NCBI GenBank assembly: GCA_031414955.1
Contig: JANOQV010000205.1
Location: 1 to 28,954, forward strand
Direction: 5' to 3'
Origin: Pedosphaera sp.
GTDB lineage: Bacteria; Verrucomicrobiota; Verrucomicrobiia; Limisphaerales; SIBH01
Length of the DNA stretch: 28,954 nucleotides
The number at the start of each line of letters is the position of its first letter. Position 1 is the first letter of the stretch. Of the stretch, positions 1 to 9,700 are shown one piece after another. Below the pieces are notes generated by a model. It was given only the letters and a program-made list of their open reading frames with translations. It ran no database searches and was not told the DNA's origin. Both the position numbers and the translations under genes were made by a program.

Positions 1-185
1 AAGGCCCACTCCTCGTCGCTCACATCACTCGGATAACTCGCTCGTGCTTTCGCCATCCCGAGCTTGATGCACGTAAGTGCCCTGTTCGTACAGCTTTATT
101 TTTCACACGCCCGCTTAGGCAAAGTGCATGACAGGCTCTAGTCAGGCCTCCCCCAAATAACTACTCCTTTGGGCGCGAACATGCC

Positions 186-1679
186 TCAGGCCATGAGACC
201 GCGAATCGGACGGGCCTCGACGACACCGGTGAGCTTGTTGTCCAGGCCGCCGTAGAAATAGGTCAGCTTCTCATGGTCAAGACCCATCAGGTGGAGAATG
301 GTCGCGTGCAGATCGCGGAGGTGACAGCGATTCACTGCGGCGGCCTCGCCCAGTTCGTCCGTCTCGCCGTAACTGGTCCCCGCTTTCACGCCCGCCCCGG
401 CCAGCCAGTAGGTAAAGCCCTTGGGATTGTGATCCCGTCCACCCGGCCGGCCGCCGGTGTTGAAGGTCTCCGAGACCGGCATGCGCCCGAACTCGCCGCC
501 CCAGACCACGAGTGTCTCCTCCAGCAGACCGCGCTGCTCCAAATCGGCCAGGAGCGCCGCGATGGGCTGATCGACTTCGGGACAGTGCAGCTTGAGATTC
601 TCCTCGATGCCGTGATGGCCATCCCAGGTGTTTTGCGCTCCAGCCGCGCCGCCGCCGGAATAGATCTGCACGAAGCGTACGCCGCGCTCGACCAACCGTC
701 GCGCGATGAGGCACTGCCGACCGAAGGAGGCCGGGCCTTGCGCGAGCGAGTGCCAGGCCGGTTTCGGCTCGTTGAGTCCGTAAGCCTCAATCGTGCGCGC
801 AGCTTCTTGCGAAAGGTCGAGCGCTTCCGGCGCCGTGGCTTGCAGGCGGAAGGCCAGTTCGTAGCTAGCGATGCGAGCCTCCAGTTCAGAGTAGCCAGGG
901 CGCCGGCGCTGATGCCCGGCGTTGATCTGGTTGATGAAATCGATCTCGCGCCGCTGCATCTCCCGGCTGGTTCCGGCGGGCGGCTGGAGGTTGAGAATCG
1001 GCTCGCCCGTGGTGCCTAAGACGGTGCCCTGATGCACGGCCGGCATGTAACCGCTGGACCAGTTCGGCGCGCCGGTCGTGGGTCCGCCGCGCGGATCAAG
1101 CATCACGACATAGCCGGGCAGATTCTGATTGAGCGTGCCCAGGCCGTAGCTCATCCACGCCCCGAGGGACGGGTGCCCTTGCTGGATGCGGCCGCTGTTC
1201 ATCTGGAGCACCGCGCTGCCATGCGCGAAGGAATCGCTGTAGAGCGACTTGACCACGGCCAGCTTGTCCATGTGCTGCGCGAGGCGGGGAAAGGCGTCCG
1301 AGCACCAAAGCCCAGACTGACCGTGCTGTTTGAAAGTGCGCCGGCTCGCCTGGAGCACGGCCTTCGTCTTGGTGTGGCGGCGAAATTCGTTGTCGATGGT
1401 CTGGCCGTCGCGCTTCTGGAGTTCCGGTTTGTAGTCGAACAGATCGAGTTGCGAGGGCCCGCCGAACATGAAGAGGAAGATGACGGACTTGGCCTTGGTC
1501 GGCAAAGGCGGCAGCTTGGGCCGCAACGGGTGGGAGGCGGCGAGTTCCGCCGCGCGCGCCCGCGCGCCGAAAAAGCCCTCGCCCTCCAGCAGTGAAGTGA
1601 GCGCCAACCCGGCGAAGCCCGCCCCCATCTCCCAGAGGAACTGCCGGCGGGGCCGGAGAATGTGATCAGCGGGGTTCAT
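186..1679 (-). CDS. DUF1501 domain-containing protein (sulfatase-like, Tat-exported)
   Basis: 497 aa. Tat-like RRQFL near the N-terminus. Family motifs KAKSVIFLFMFGGPSQLDLFDYKP, ARRLVERGVRFVQ, WDGH, GEFGRMP and GRDHNP. Lies downstream of a DUF1549/DUF1553 gene, the usual PVC arrangement. Confidence 0.92.
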   Translation of the reverse strand: MNPADHILRPRRQFLWEMGAGFAGLALTSLLEGEGFFGARARAAELAASHPLRPKLPPLPTKAKSVIFLFMFGGPSQLDLFDYKPELQKRDGQTIDNEFRRHTKTKAVLQASRRTFKQHGQSGLWCSDAFPRLAQHMDKLAVVKSLYSDSFAHGSAVLQMNSGRIQQGHPSLGAWMSYGLGTLNQNLPGYVVMLDPRGGPTTGAPNWSSGYMPAVHQGTVLGTTGEPILNLQPPAGTSREMQRREIDFINQINAGHQRRRPGYSELEARIASYELAFRLQATAPEALDLSQEAARTIEAYGLNEPKPAWHSLAQGPASFGRQCLIARRLVERGVRFVQIYSGGGAAGAQNTWDGHHGIEENLKLHCPEVDQPIAALLADLEQRGLLEETLVVWGGEFGRMPVSETFNTGGRPGGRDHNPKGFTYWLAGAGVKAGTSYGETDELGEAAAVNRCHLRDLHATILHLMGLDHEKLTYFYGGLDNKLTGVVEARPIRGLMA

Positions 1680-1760
1680 GATCGTGAGCGGAGCGTGCCC
1701 CTGGCCAGGGCCCGCGGAGCGGCCGCAAGCAGCCCGAGGCGTGGTCCCTGGAATCGAGTT

Positions 1761-4208
1761 TCAATCCACATAAATCATTTCGTTCACGTTGAGCAGACCG
1801 CGGCAGAAGCTGCGGAGCGCCACGCCGGCCGGATCGGAAGCACCTTCTGCCACCGCGCGCTTCCGCTGCTCCACGAGCAGGCCGGACGAGGCGTTGACTT
1901 CGGCCCTGGTCGGCGCGCGTTGCAGCACCAGTTGGAACGCGCGCGCGATTTGTTTCGCCTCCCGCGCCCCGGCTTCGCGCGTGATGCGCCCGGCGAGGGC
2001 GGCAGCCTGCGCCTGCACGAATGGATCGTTCAGCAGCATCAGCGCCTGGGGTGCCGTGGTGGTGCTGGGACGCACGGCGACGGGCGAGGCGCTGTTGGCA
2101 AAGTCGAGGCATTCGAGCAACGGCACCTTGAGCGCGCGTTTCACCACCAGATAAACGCTGCGGCGATTCTGGTCTTCGGCCGGACTGTCCACCCAGCCCT
2201 TGCCGGAGGAATCCTGAGTGCGGTGAACCGCCATGGGCAAGCTCGGGAACACGCTGGGGCCGCCGCGCTTCCGATTGAGCGTGCCGCTGATCGCGAGCAT
2301 GCTGTCGCGCACAACCTCGGCTTCGACCCGCCGGAGATTCTGCCGCCAGAGCCGCGTGTTGGCTTCACCCACGGCCAGCGCCCGGCGGTCTTCCGCCCGC
2401 GACGACATGCGATAGGCGCGGCTGGTCATAATGAGCCGGTGGATCGCCTTCACGCTCCAGCCGCTAGCCACGAACTCCGAGGCGAGGTGATCCAACAGGG
2501 CCTGATTGGTCGGGCGTTCTCCCGTCTGCCCGAAGTCGTCCGGCGTGGGGACCAAGCCGACCCCGAAATGTTTCTGCCAGATGCGGTTCACCATCACCCG
2601 CGCGGTGAGCGGATGCTGCGGGCTGGCGATCCAGTCCGCCAGCACGCGCCGCCGCCCGGTGGTGCCGGTTCCGGCCGCTGGATCGGGAAATACCGGCGCA
2701 GCCGACCCGAGCACGGCGGGATAGGCGGGCTGCACTTCGCCTTTGGGCGTCGCCGGATCACCGCGGGCGAGCAGGTGCGTCGCCTTGGCCTGCGGGCCGT
2801 TCTCGGCGACGGCCAGCGCCGACTCGAAGGGCGGTGCGGCGGCACGGACCTTCTTCACCTCCGCAGCGAGTGCCGGCTTGGCCGGGGTCTCACCGGCCTC
2901 GGCGAGTCGTTGCTCGGCTTCTTTCACCTTCGCCCGCTGCGCCGCCTCCCATTTGCCCAGTTCAGCGGGCGGCGCGAGCAGACGTTGAATCTTGCCCGTG
3001 CCACGCCCGCCACCGCCAGTGTGATGCAACCCGTAGCCGTCGATGCCACGAAAGAAACTGAGCAGTGAGTAGTATTCGGCCTGACTGATGGGATCGTATT
3101 TATGATCGTGGCAGCGGGCGCAGCCGATGGTCAACCCGAGGAAAGCCGCGCCCGTGGTGACCATAATGTCGTCGAGGTCATCGAACTCCGCCTTCACCGT
3201 ACTGTCAGGCTCGTCGTCCCAGACGTGCAGGCGATAAAAACCCGTGGCGATGATGGCGTCACGCCATCCCGGGCCGCCCGCAGCGGCAGCGGGTTGTGCA
3301 TCGGCGATTTCATCACCCGCCAACTGCTCGCGGACGAACCGATCATAGGGCTTGTCGCTCTGGAAGGATTCGATGACGTAATCGCGATACCGCCAGGCGT
3401 TCGGTTTAGGCCCGTCGCGTTCGTAACCATTGCTCTCGGCGTAGCGCACGAGGTCAAGCCAGTGGCGTCCCCACCGCTCGCCGTACTCCGGCGAGGCCAG
3501 CAGACGGTCAATGAGTTTCGCCCACGCGGCGTCCGTCGGACTCTTCTCCCACGCGGCGACGTCCTCGGGCGCGGGGGGCAAGCCGATCAAATCGAAGAAG
3601 GCGCGTCTCACCAGTTCGCGCGGGGTCGCGGGCGGGTTCATCTTCAGTTGCTTCTCATCCAAGCGCGCCGACACGAAGAGGTCGATGGCTTGGCTGCCTG
3701 GAGCGGATTTGGCCCCGGCAGGAACGGCGGGGCGCGTTACGGGCCGGAACGCCCAGTAGAGCCGATCCGCCGCGCTCAAGGAGAATTTGCCCGCGCGCAA
3801 TTTCGGACTCGACGCGCTGGCCTTGTCGCCTGCCTGGGCCAGCAGGAGTTGCAACCAGTCTTGCCACGCCGCGAGTTCCGCGGGGCTGGGCTGCGGTTTA
3901 TTTTCCGGCGGCATTTCACCTTCGGAGATCTGCTCCCGCACCCGCCGCCAGGTCTTCGGCTCGTGGGCCACATCCGCGAAAGACTTGAACCGCTCGAGAT
4001 CAAGGTCGCCCTTGTGTTTTTCGGTGGAGTGGCAGGTCAGGCAATACTTCGACAGCCACGGCTGGACTTCGCGCTGAAAATTCTCCGACAAGCTCGCGCC
4101 AGGGGTCGGCCACGGAGACAGGAGCGTGGCCGCGAAAAGAAGGGCGCGGCACCGGCCACCGGCCGAGATCGGCGAATGCCATGGTGTTTGCTCCAGAATG
4201 TTGGCCAT
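1761..4208 (-). CDS. PSD1 and planctomycete cytochrome c domain protein (PSCyt1 + DUF1549 + DUF1553)
   Basis: 815 aa. CxxCH motifs CLTCH and CARCHDHKYDPI, plus YGERWGRHWLDLVRYAES, LTARVMVNRIWQKHFG and RRVEAEVVRDSMLAISG. Exact start codon uncertain. Confidence 0.92.
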   Translation of the reverse strand: MANILEQTPWHSPISAGGRCRALLFAATLLSPWPTPGASLSENFQREVQPWLSKYCLTCHSTEKHKGDLDLERFKSFADVAHEPKTWRRVREQISEGEMPPENKPQPSPAELAAWQDWLQLLLAQAGDKASASSPKLRAGKFSLSAADRLYWAFRPVTRPAVPAGAKSAPGSQAIDLFVSARLDEKQLKMNPPATPRELVRRAFFDLIGLPPAPEDVAAWEKSPTDAAWAKLIDRLLASPEYGERWGRHWLDLVRYAESNGYERDGPKPNAWRYRDYVIESFQSDKPYDRFVREQLAGDEIADAQPAAAAGGPGWRDAIIATGFYRLHVWDDEPDSTVKAEFDDLDDIMVTTGAAFLGLTIGCARCHDHKYDPISQAEYYSLLSFFRGIDGYGLHHTGGGGRGTGKIQRLLAPPAELGKWEAAQRAKVKEAEQRLAEAGETPAKPALAAEVKKVRAAAPPFESALAVAENGPQAKATHLLARGDPATPKGEVQPAYPAVLGSAAPVFPDPAAGTGTTGRRRVLADWIASPQHPLTARVMVNRIWQKHFGVGLVPTPDDFGQTGERPTNQALLDHLASEFVASGWSVKAIHRLIMTSRAYRMSSRAEDRRALAVGEANTRLWRQNLRRVEAEVVRDSMLAISGTLNRKRGGPSVFPSLPMAVHRTQDSSGKGWVDSPAEDQNRRSVYLVVKRALKVPLLECLDFANSASPVAVRPSTTTAPQALMLLNDPFVQAQAAALAGRITREAGAREAKQIARAFQLVLQRAPTRAEVNASSGLLVEQRKRAVAEGASDPAGVALRSFCRGLLNVNEMIYVD

Positions 4209-4458
4209 GCCTCCAAGATGCCCAATCGAAAAGCGCGCGCCACGAAAATATCAAAAACGCTGGAACGCAGTTCGTCGCGGCTGACTGCGCCCGCCGGAAA
4301 GTGCCGGGGTAAATTCTATTGGCTTGAGCCGGAGGCTTTTTGGTATTCAGCACGCAGTTCCAAATGAGACCAACGCATCCAGCACCTGAACCGACCGGTT
4401 CGCAACGCTTCCGCGTGGGACTCATGCGACCTGAAATTCCGCAGTCACTCCACTCGTT

Positions 4459-6630
4459 ATGATCTACCTGATAATCGCCGCGAGCTTCGCGCTCATTCTC
4501 TTCCTGCTCATCACGGCCCTGCTCTGCATCCGCAAGGTTCATCCTGGCAAGGCCGGCCTCAGCGTGGGACTCGGCGGACTGCGCGTGGCCTTCGACTACA
4601 TGATCCGCCTGCCCATCGTGCAGAACTTCGAAGAGATGGACATCTCGGTGAAGAAGCTGGAAATCCACCGCAAGGGCAAGGACGGCCTCGTCTGTGCCGA
4701 CAACATTCGCGCCGACATCACGGTGGCCTTTTACATCCGCGTGGATGCGACCGTGGAAAGCGTCCGCCGCGTGGCACAGATGCTCACGCCCGAGCGCGTG
4801 TCCGACCTGAATCAGTTGCGCGAATTGTTCGAGGCGAAATTTTCCGAAGCGCTCAAGACCGCCGGCAAACAGATGCAGTTCCAGGAATTGTTCACCGAGC
4901 GCATCAAGTTCCGCGATCGGATTCAGGCCACCATCGGCAAAGACCTTGATGGTTTCCTGCTTCAGGACGTGGCGATTGATTACATCGAGCAGACGCCGCT
5001 CGATCAGCATGACCCGAGCAACGTGCTCGACGCCGAGGGCATCAAGAAGATTACCGAGATCACTCAGCGCGAACGCGTGGTCTCGAACGAGTTCACTCAG
5101 CGCGCCCAGGTCCAGGTCGAGAAGGAGAACGCCGACGCCGACATCGCCAAGCGCGAGCAACGCCGCCGCAACGAAGAGGACACCGCCAAGCAAACCCGCG
5201 CCGTCACCGAGATCAAGGCCAACGAGGAAGCAGAGGCGCGCAAGGTCATCGAGGCCCGCCGCCAGGAAGTGGAAGGCAAACGCCTGGAGGCCGAGGAGTC
5301 CATCCGCCTGCGCACCGAGGACATGAATCGCGCGGTGCAGGAGCGTGAATTCACGGTCAAGAAAGAGAGGCAGCGGCTTGAACAGGAATCAACCCAGGAG
5401 GGCGAGGAGGCGCGCGTGCGCCGCGAGCGTTCCGTGTCGCTAGCCGAGATGGACAAGGAAGTGAAGGTCGCCGAAGCCGCCGTCGAGGTGCAGCGCAAGC
5501 GCGCGGTGGTCGTGGCCGAGGAAAAGGCCGTCGTGCAGCAGGAGGAGGAGAAGCTGAACATCGAAGCTCGCATGACTGCGGCGCGGGTCAGCGAGGTGAC
5601 GCTCATCGAGGCGGAGATGAACGCCAAGCGGGATCAGGTCGCGAAAGTCGTCGCCTCCGAAGCGCACAGGGATTCCGAACGTAATCTCGCCGAGGCGGAG
5701 AAGATCAAGATCATCACCGCCGCTGACGCCGCCAAGGAAGTATCGCTCCGCGACGCCGAGCGCATGCAGACGATGGCCGACGCCGAAGCGAAAGCCTCGG
5801 ACAAACATCGCCACGCCGCCGAGCAGGAGGCCGAGGGTATCGCCGCGAAGGAAGCCGCGCACGGTCTGGCGGAAGCGCGGGTGATCACCGCCAAAGCCGG
5901 CGCGAAGAAGGTGGATGCGGCCGCGATCAAGGAAGTCGGTCTGGCCGAAGCAGAGGTCATCAAGGCCAAAGGCAGCGTAAATTCTCAGAACACGCAGACC
6001 CTGGCCGAAGCCGAAGCCGAAGGCCACAAGGAGAAGGAACTCGCCGCCGCCACCGGCATCGAAGCCCGAGGTCTGGCCGAAGCCAAGGCCATTCATCAGA
6101 AGGCCGAGGCGATGAAACTGTTCCACGAGGCGGGCCGGGAACACGAGGAGTTCAAGCTGCGTCTTGCCAAAGAGCGCGATGTCGATCTCGCTGCCATCCA
6201 CGTCCAGAAGGACATTGCCCAAGCCAACTCCACCATCGTGGGCGAAGCCCTCAAGCACGCTCACATCGACATCGTGGGCGGTGAGAACGACTTCTTCGAG
6301 AAGATCGTGCGCGCCGTGGGCAACGGTAAATCCGTGGACCGCATGGTCGAGAACAGCCGCACGCTCAGCGACATCAAAAGCACGTTCTTCAACGGCGACC
6401 CCGAGCACTTCAAGACGCAGGTGCGCCAGTGGATCAAGGACTACGGCATCTCCTCCGAGGACGTGAAGAACCTCACCGTCGCCGCGCTGCTCGGCAAGCT
6501 CATGGCGTCAAGCAAGGACTCGTCGGTGAAAGGATTGATTAAATCCGCCCTGGCGATGGCAAAGGAAAGTGGGATTGCAGATGTGCCCGCAGCGAACATC
6601 GTGGAATCAGGCGCAGTGGCCAAGTCGTGA
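4459..6630 (+). CDS. Flotillin/SPFH (band 7) family membrane protein, YqiK-like, with long coiled coil
   Basis: 723 aa. N-terminal TM helix, SPFH segment (MDISVKKLEI...CADNIRADITVAFYIRV), LDAEGIKKIT, then a long EA/AEA-rich flotillin coiled coil. Confidence 0.88.
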   Translation: MIYLIIAASFALILFLLITALLCIRKVHPGKAGLSVGLGGLRVAFDYMIRLPIVQNFEEMDISVKKLEIHRKGKDGLVCADNIRADITVAFYIRVDATVESVRRVAQMLTPERVSDLNQLRELFEAKFSEALKTAGKQMQFQELFTERIKFRDRIQATIGKDLDGFLLQDVAIDYIEQTPLDQHDPSNVLDAEGIKKITEITQRERVVSNEFTQRAQVQVEKENADADIAKREQRRRNEEDTAKQTRAVTEIKANEEAEARKVIEARRQEVEGKRLEAEESIRLRTEDMNRAVQEREFTVKKERQRLEQESTQEGEEARVRRERSVSLAEMDKEVKVAEAAVEVQRKRAVVVAEEKAVVQQEEEKLNIEARMTAARVSEVTLIEAEMNAKRDQVAKVVASEAHRDSERNLAEAEKIKIITAADAAKEVSLRDAERMQTMADAEAKASDKHRHAAEQEAEGIAAKEAAHGLAEARVITAKAGAKKVDAAAIKEVGLAEAEVIKAKGSVNSQNTQTLAEAEAEGHKEKELAAATGIEARGLAEAKAIHQKAEAMKLFHEAGREHEEFKLRLAKERDVDLAAIHVQKDIAQANSTIVGEALKHAHIDIVGGENDFFEKIVRAVGNGKSVDRMVENSRTLSDIKSTFFNGDPEHFKTQVRQWIKDYGISSEDVKNLTVAALLGKLMASSKDSSVKGLIKSALAMAKESGIADVPAANIVESGAVAKS

Positions 6631-6631
6631 A

Positions 6632-6769
6632 AAAGATCCAAGATCCAAGATCCAAGATCCAGAGAAGCACCAAGCGCCAAATACCAACAAGTGCCCCATA
6701 CCACTTGACGCGTTTGGAACTTGGAACTTGTATCTTATCTGGAGCTTGGTGCTTGGTGCTTGGTGCTTC
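6632..6769. repeat. Intergenic inverted element built from heptamer tandem repeats
   Basis: Left arm (aagatcc)x4-agag-aagcacc-aagcgcc-aaatacc. Right arm ttggaac-ttggaac-ttgtatc-...tctgga-gc(ttggtgc)x3. The arms are imperfect reverse complements. Confidence 0.8.
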
Positions 6770-6786
6770 GTCCGAGGAATCCCGTC

Positions 6787-9700
6787 ATGCCCGCTGAGCC
6801 ACAAAACCCACCTGCTCCTGCTCAACCGGAAACTCCGGCCGCGCCTTCGACCGCCCAGACCCTCGGCAGCGCGACCTACGAGATCATCCGCCAGCGTTTG
6901 CAGACGCAGGGCAACTTGCTGCGCGAGCGCATGTCGCAGCTCGACGCCCGGCGCACGGAGGTCTTCGGCGCGATTGAGTTCAAGCTGCTCCAGGCCGATC
7001 GCGTCGTCTCGGCGCACAACTGTATTCCGCGCGACATGGTGCAACTCGGGCGCGGGCGCTTCTTGTTCGGGTTCAACGTCCGCTTCGGGCTGAAGAAGGA
7101 GATTGAACTGGCGGATGTCTTCGCCGTTTACAAACGCGAGGAGGATGCGGGCGCGTTCAAGGAGCGCGATCTCGAAGTGCTCCAGGACAAAGCGTTCATC
7201 ACCGACTTCAAGCGGCTCTACAATGTCTATGAGAAGGCGTCGTTCGCGAAGTTCTCCCTCATCGACGGCAACCTCTACATGGTGTTCTCGATTGGGCCGG
7301 GCGTGAACGATGTCTCGGTCTTCAAGTGGGTCTTCAACGGCGGCCAGTTGCGTTACGTCGATGGCCGGAGCGAGACTGAGTATCGCCGCGTTGGGTTCCC
7401 GCCGCAGTATGAGTTTCGCTGGCTCACGCCGGATCGCGAATCGTTCCGCTACGGCGATTACCCGCACATCTCGATTGAGGACCGACTGTTCGTCGAGTGC
7501 CTTGGCGGCGATCTGACCATCAAAATCGAGGATAACACCAGGACGGGCGAAGGCATTTACGCCGAGCCAGTCGATGACAAGAACCAGAAGGTCGATGATG
7601 CCGAGATTGCTTACGCGATCATTAATCATCTCATCCTCCTGCGCATTCGCCCCTACAAGGAAACCGCTGCGCGCTACTTCATCTTCAACGAGAAGCAGCA
7701 GTCCGTGGTGCGCGTCGATTCGCTTGGCCAGTCCTGCGCGCGGCTGCCCGAGGAACACGGGTTGATTTTCCCCGACGGCTATTATCTTGCGACGGGAGAG
7801 CTGAAGCAGTTCGACAGCAAGGAACGCGGCCTGGTGTTTGAGCGCGTCGTGTCCGCGCCGAACGGCGAGGATTTGCTCTACGTTTTCTACGCGCACGACA
7901 CCGGCCAGTACGTGCTCATGCCCTACCGGCTCATCGCGCAAAAAGTCGAGGAGCGCATCACCTGCCACGGCTTCTCGCTCTTTGCCGACGGACACCTCGT
8001 GCTCTTCCGCGCCGATGACGAGCCGCAGAAGCACCACATGATTCAACTGCGGCAGACGCCCTTTTATCAGCCCGGCCACGAGCCGGCCGGCAAGAAAGAC
8101 GCCTTCCTCTATCAAGTCGGCAACAAGGAAGTGGTGCGCGCGCTCGCCGAGTGCAACGAAGTGCTCACGCTGGTGCGGAAAGAAAATCCCTACGCCAGCA
8201 TCTACGTCGATCTGGTCAAGCGCAGCGGCGCGATTCTTGATTCCTATCCGTGGCTGAGCAGCGCGGACGGGTTTCAGGTGAACGAGGCATTGCGCGGAGT
8301 GCGCGAGGTCGCGGACAAGGCGGTCGATGAATTCGACAAGGTGCGCCGCCTCCAGCGCGAGGCCGTGCAGCGGGTCAATGATGTGCGCAAGCGTTGCGAA
8401 GAACGCTTTCAAACCTTGCGCCGCGCCAGCTTCAGCAAGCTGGAGGACTTCGTTCACAATCTTACCGCGTTGCGACAACTGCGCGGTGAACTCATCACAC
8501 TCAAGGAAGTCCGCTACGTCGATCTCGCGCAAGTCGAAGAATCCGAGAAGGCCGTTGCGACGCAGGGGGACGAACTGGCGAAGTCCTGCGTGAAGTTCCT
8601 GCTCCAGCCGACCGCGCTGGAGCCGTATCGCAAACAGGCCGACCCGCAACTCGCCGCGGTGGACAAGGTGACGAAGGTCGCCGAAGGCCGGCAGATCGAG
8701 AAAGCCGTCTCCGACGCCGGTGGCGAACTGGAGATGCTCATCGAGATCGTCAACAGCCTGAAGATCGAGGACGCCACCGAGACCACCCGCATCATCGACA
8801 GCATCACCGCGATTTACTCGACGCTGAACCAGGTGAAGGCCGCGCTGAAGAAGCATCTGCATTCGCTGATTGCATCCGAGGGGGCGGCGCAGTTTGGCGC
8901 GCAGATGAAACTGTTGAGCCAGTCCGCCGCCAGCTATCTCGATCTCTGCGACTCACCGGCCAAGTGCGACGAGTATCTCAACCGCATCACGGTTCAACTG
9001 GAGGAACTGGAGGGCACGTTCGCCGACTTCGAGGAATACACTGTCGAGCTGGCCGAGAAACGCACGTCGCTCTACGAAGCCTTCGAGCAGCGCAAGGTCG
9101 CGCTCATCGAGCAGCGCAACCGCAAGTCCTCCGCGCAACTCACCGCCGCCGAGCGCATCCTCAAGGTGATTCAGAACCGGCTGGCCGGCTTCAAGACCGT
9201 CGAGGAGATCAACAGCTACATGGCGTCCGACCTGATGATCGCGAAGGTGCGCGAAATCATCGAGTTGTTGGTCGCGATGGGTGACTCGGTCAAGGGCGAC
9301 GACCTGCAAGGCCGCCTGAAGAGCGTGCAGCAGGAGGCAGTGCGGCAGTTGAAGGATCGCAACGATCTCTTCGTGGGCGGCTCGGCGGTCATCCAGCTCG
9401 GCAAGCATCGCTTCAACATCAACACGCAGCCGCTCGACCTGACGGTCGTGAACCGCGATGGCGTGCAGCACATCCACCTGACGAGCACGAAGTATTTCGA
9501 TGCCATCAACGACGAGGCATTCAACGCGACGCGTGACGTGTGGGATCAGGAAGTCGTCTCGGAGAACCGCGACGTGTACCGCGGCGAGTATCTGGCGTGG
9601 CAGTTGTTGAAAAGTGTCGGAGCGCCGGCGTCCTCGCCGGCTTTGGACGAGCGACCATCGAAAGCCGGCGAGGACGCCGGCGCTCCACCGGATGAGCAGC

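Noticed and set aside
24..35. 12-nt match (atcactcggata) to the tracrRNA minus strand
   Set aside because: Too short; expected by chance somewhere in a 29-kb self-comparison.
1..141. Possible right end of an IS/MITE (…tttttcacacgcccgcttag…tgacaggctctag)
   Set aside because: It looks like a terminal inverted repeat, but the partner end and any transposase would be outside the window, so it cannot be supported.
1662..4367. Long + strand ORFs (468 aa, 421 aa) and similar antisense ORFs over the ATPase, gnd and kinase genes
   Set aside because: Shadow ORFs caused by high-GC codon bias opposite well-supported genes, with no recognisable motifs.
6721..6786. ORF-track N-terminal extension of the ATPase (MELVSYLELGAWCLV)
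   Set aside because: It is a translation of the heptamer repeat from a TTG; the ATG at 6787 is more plausible.
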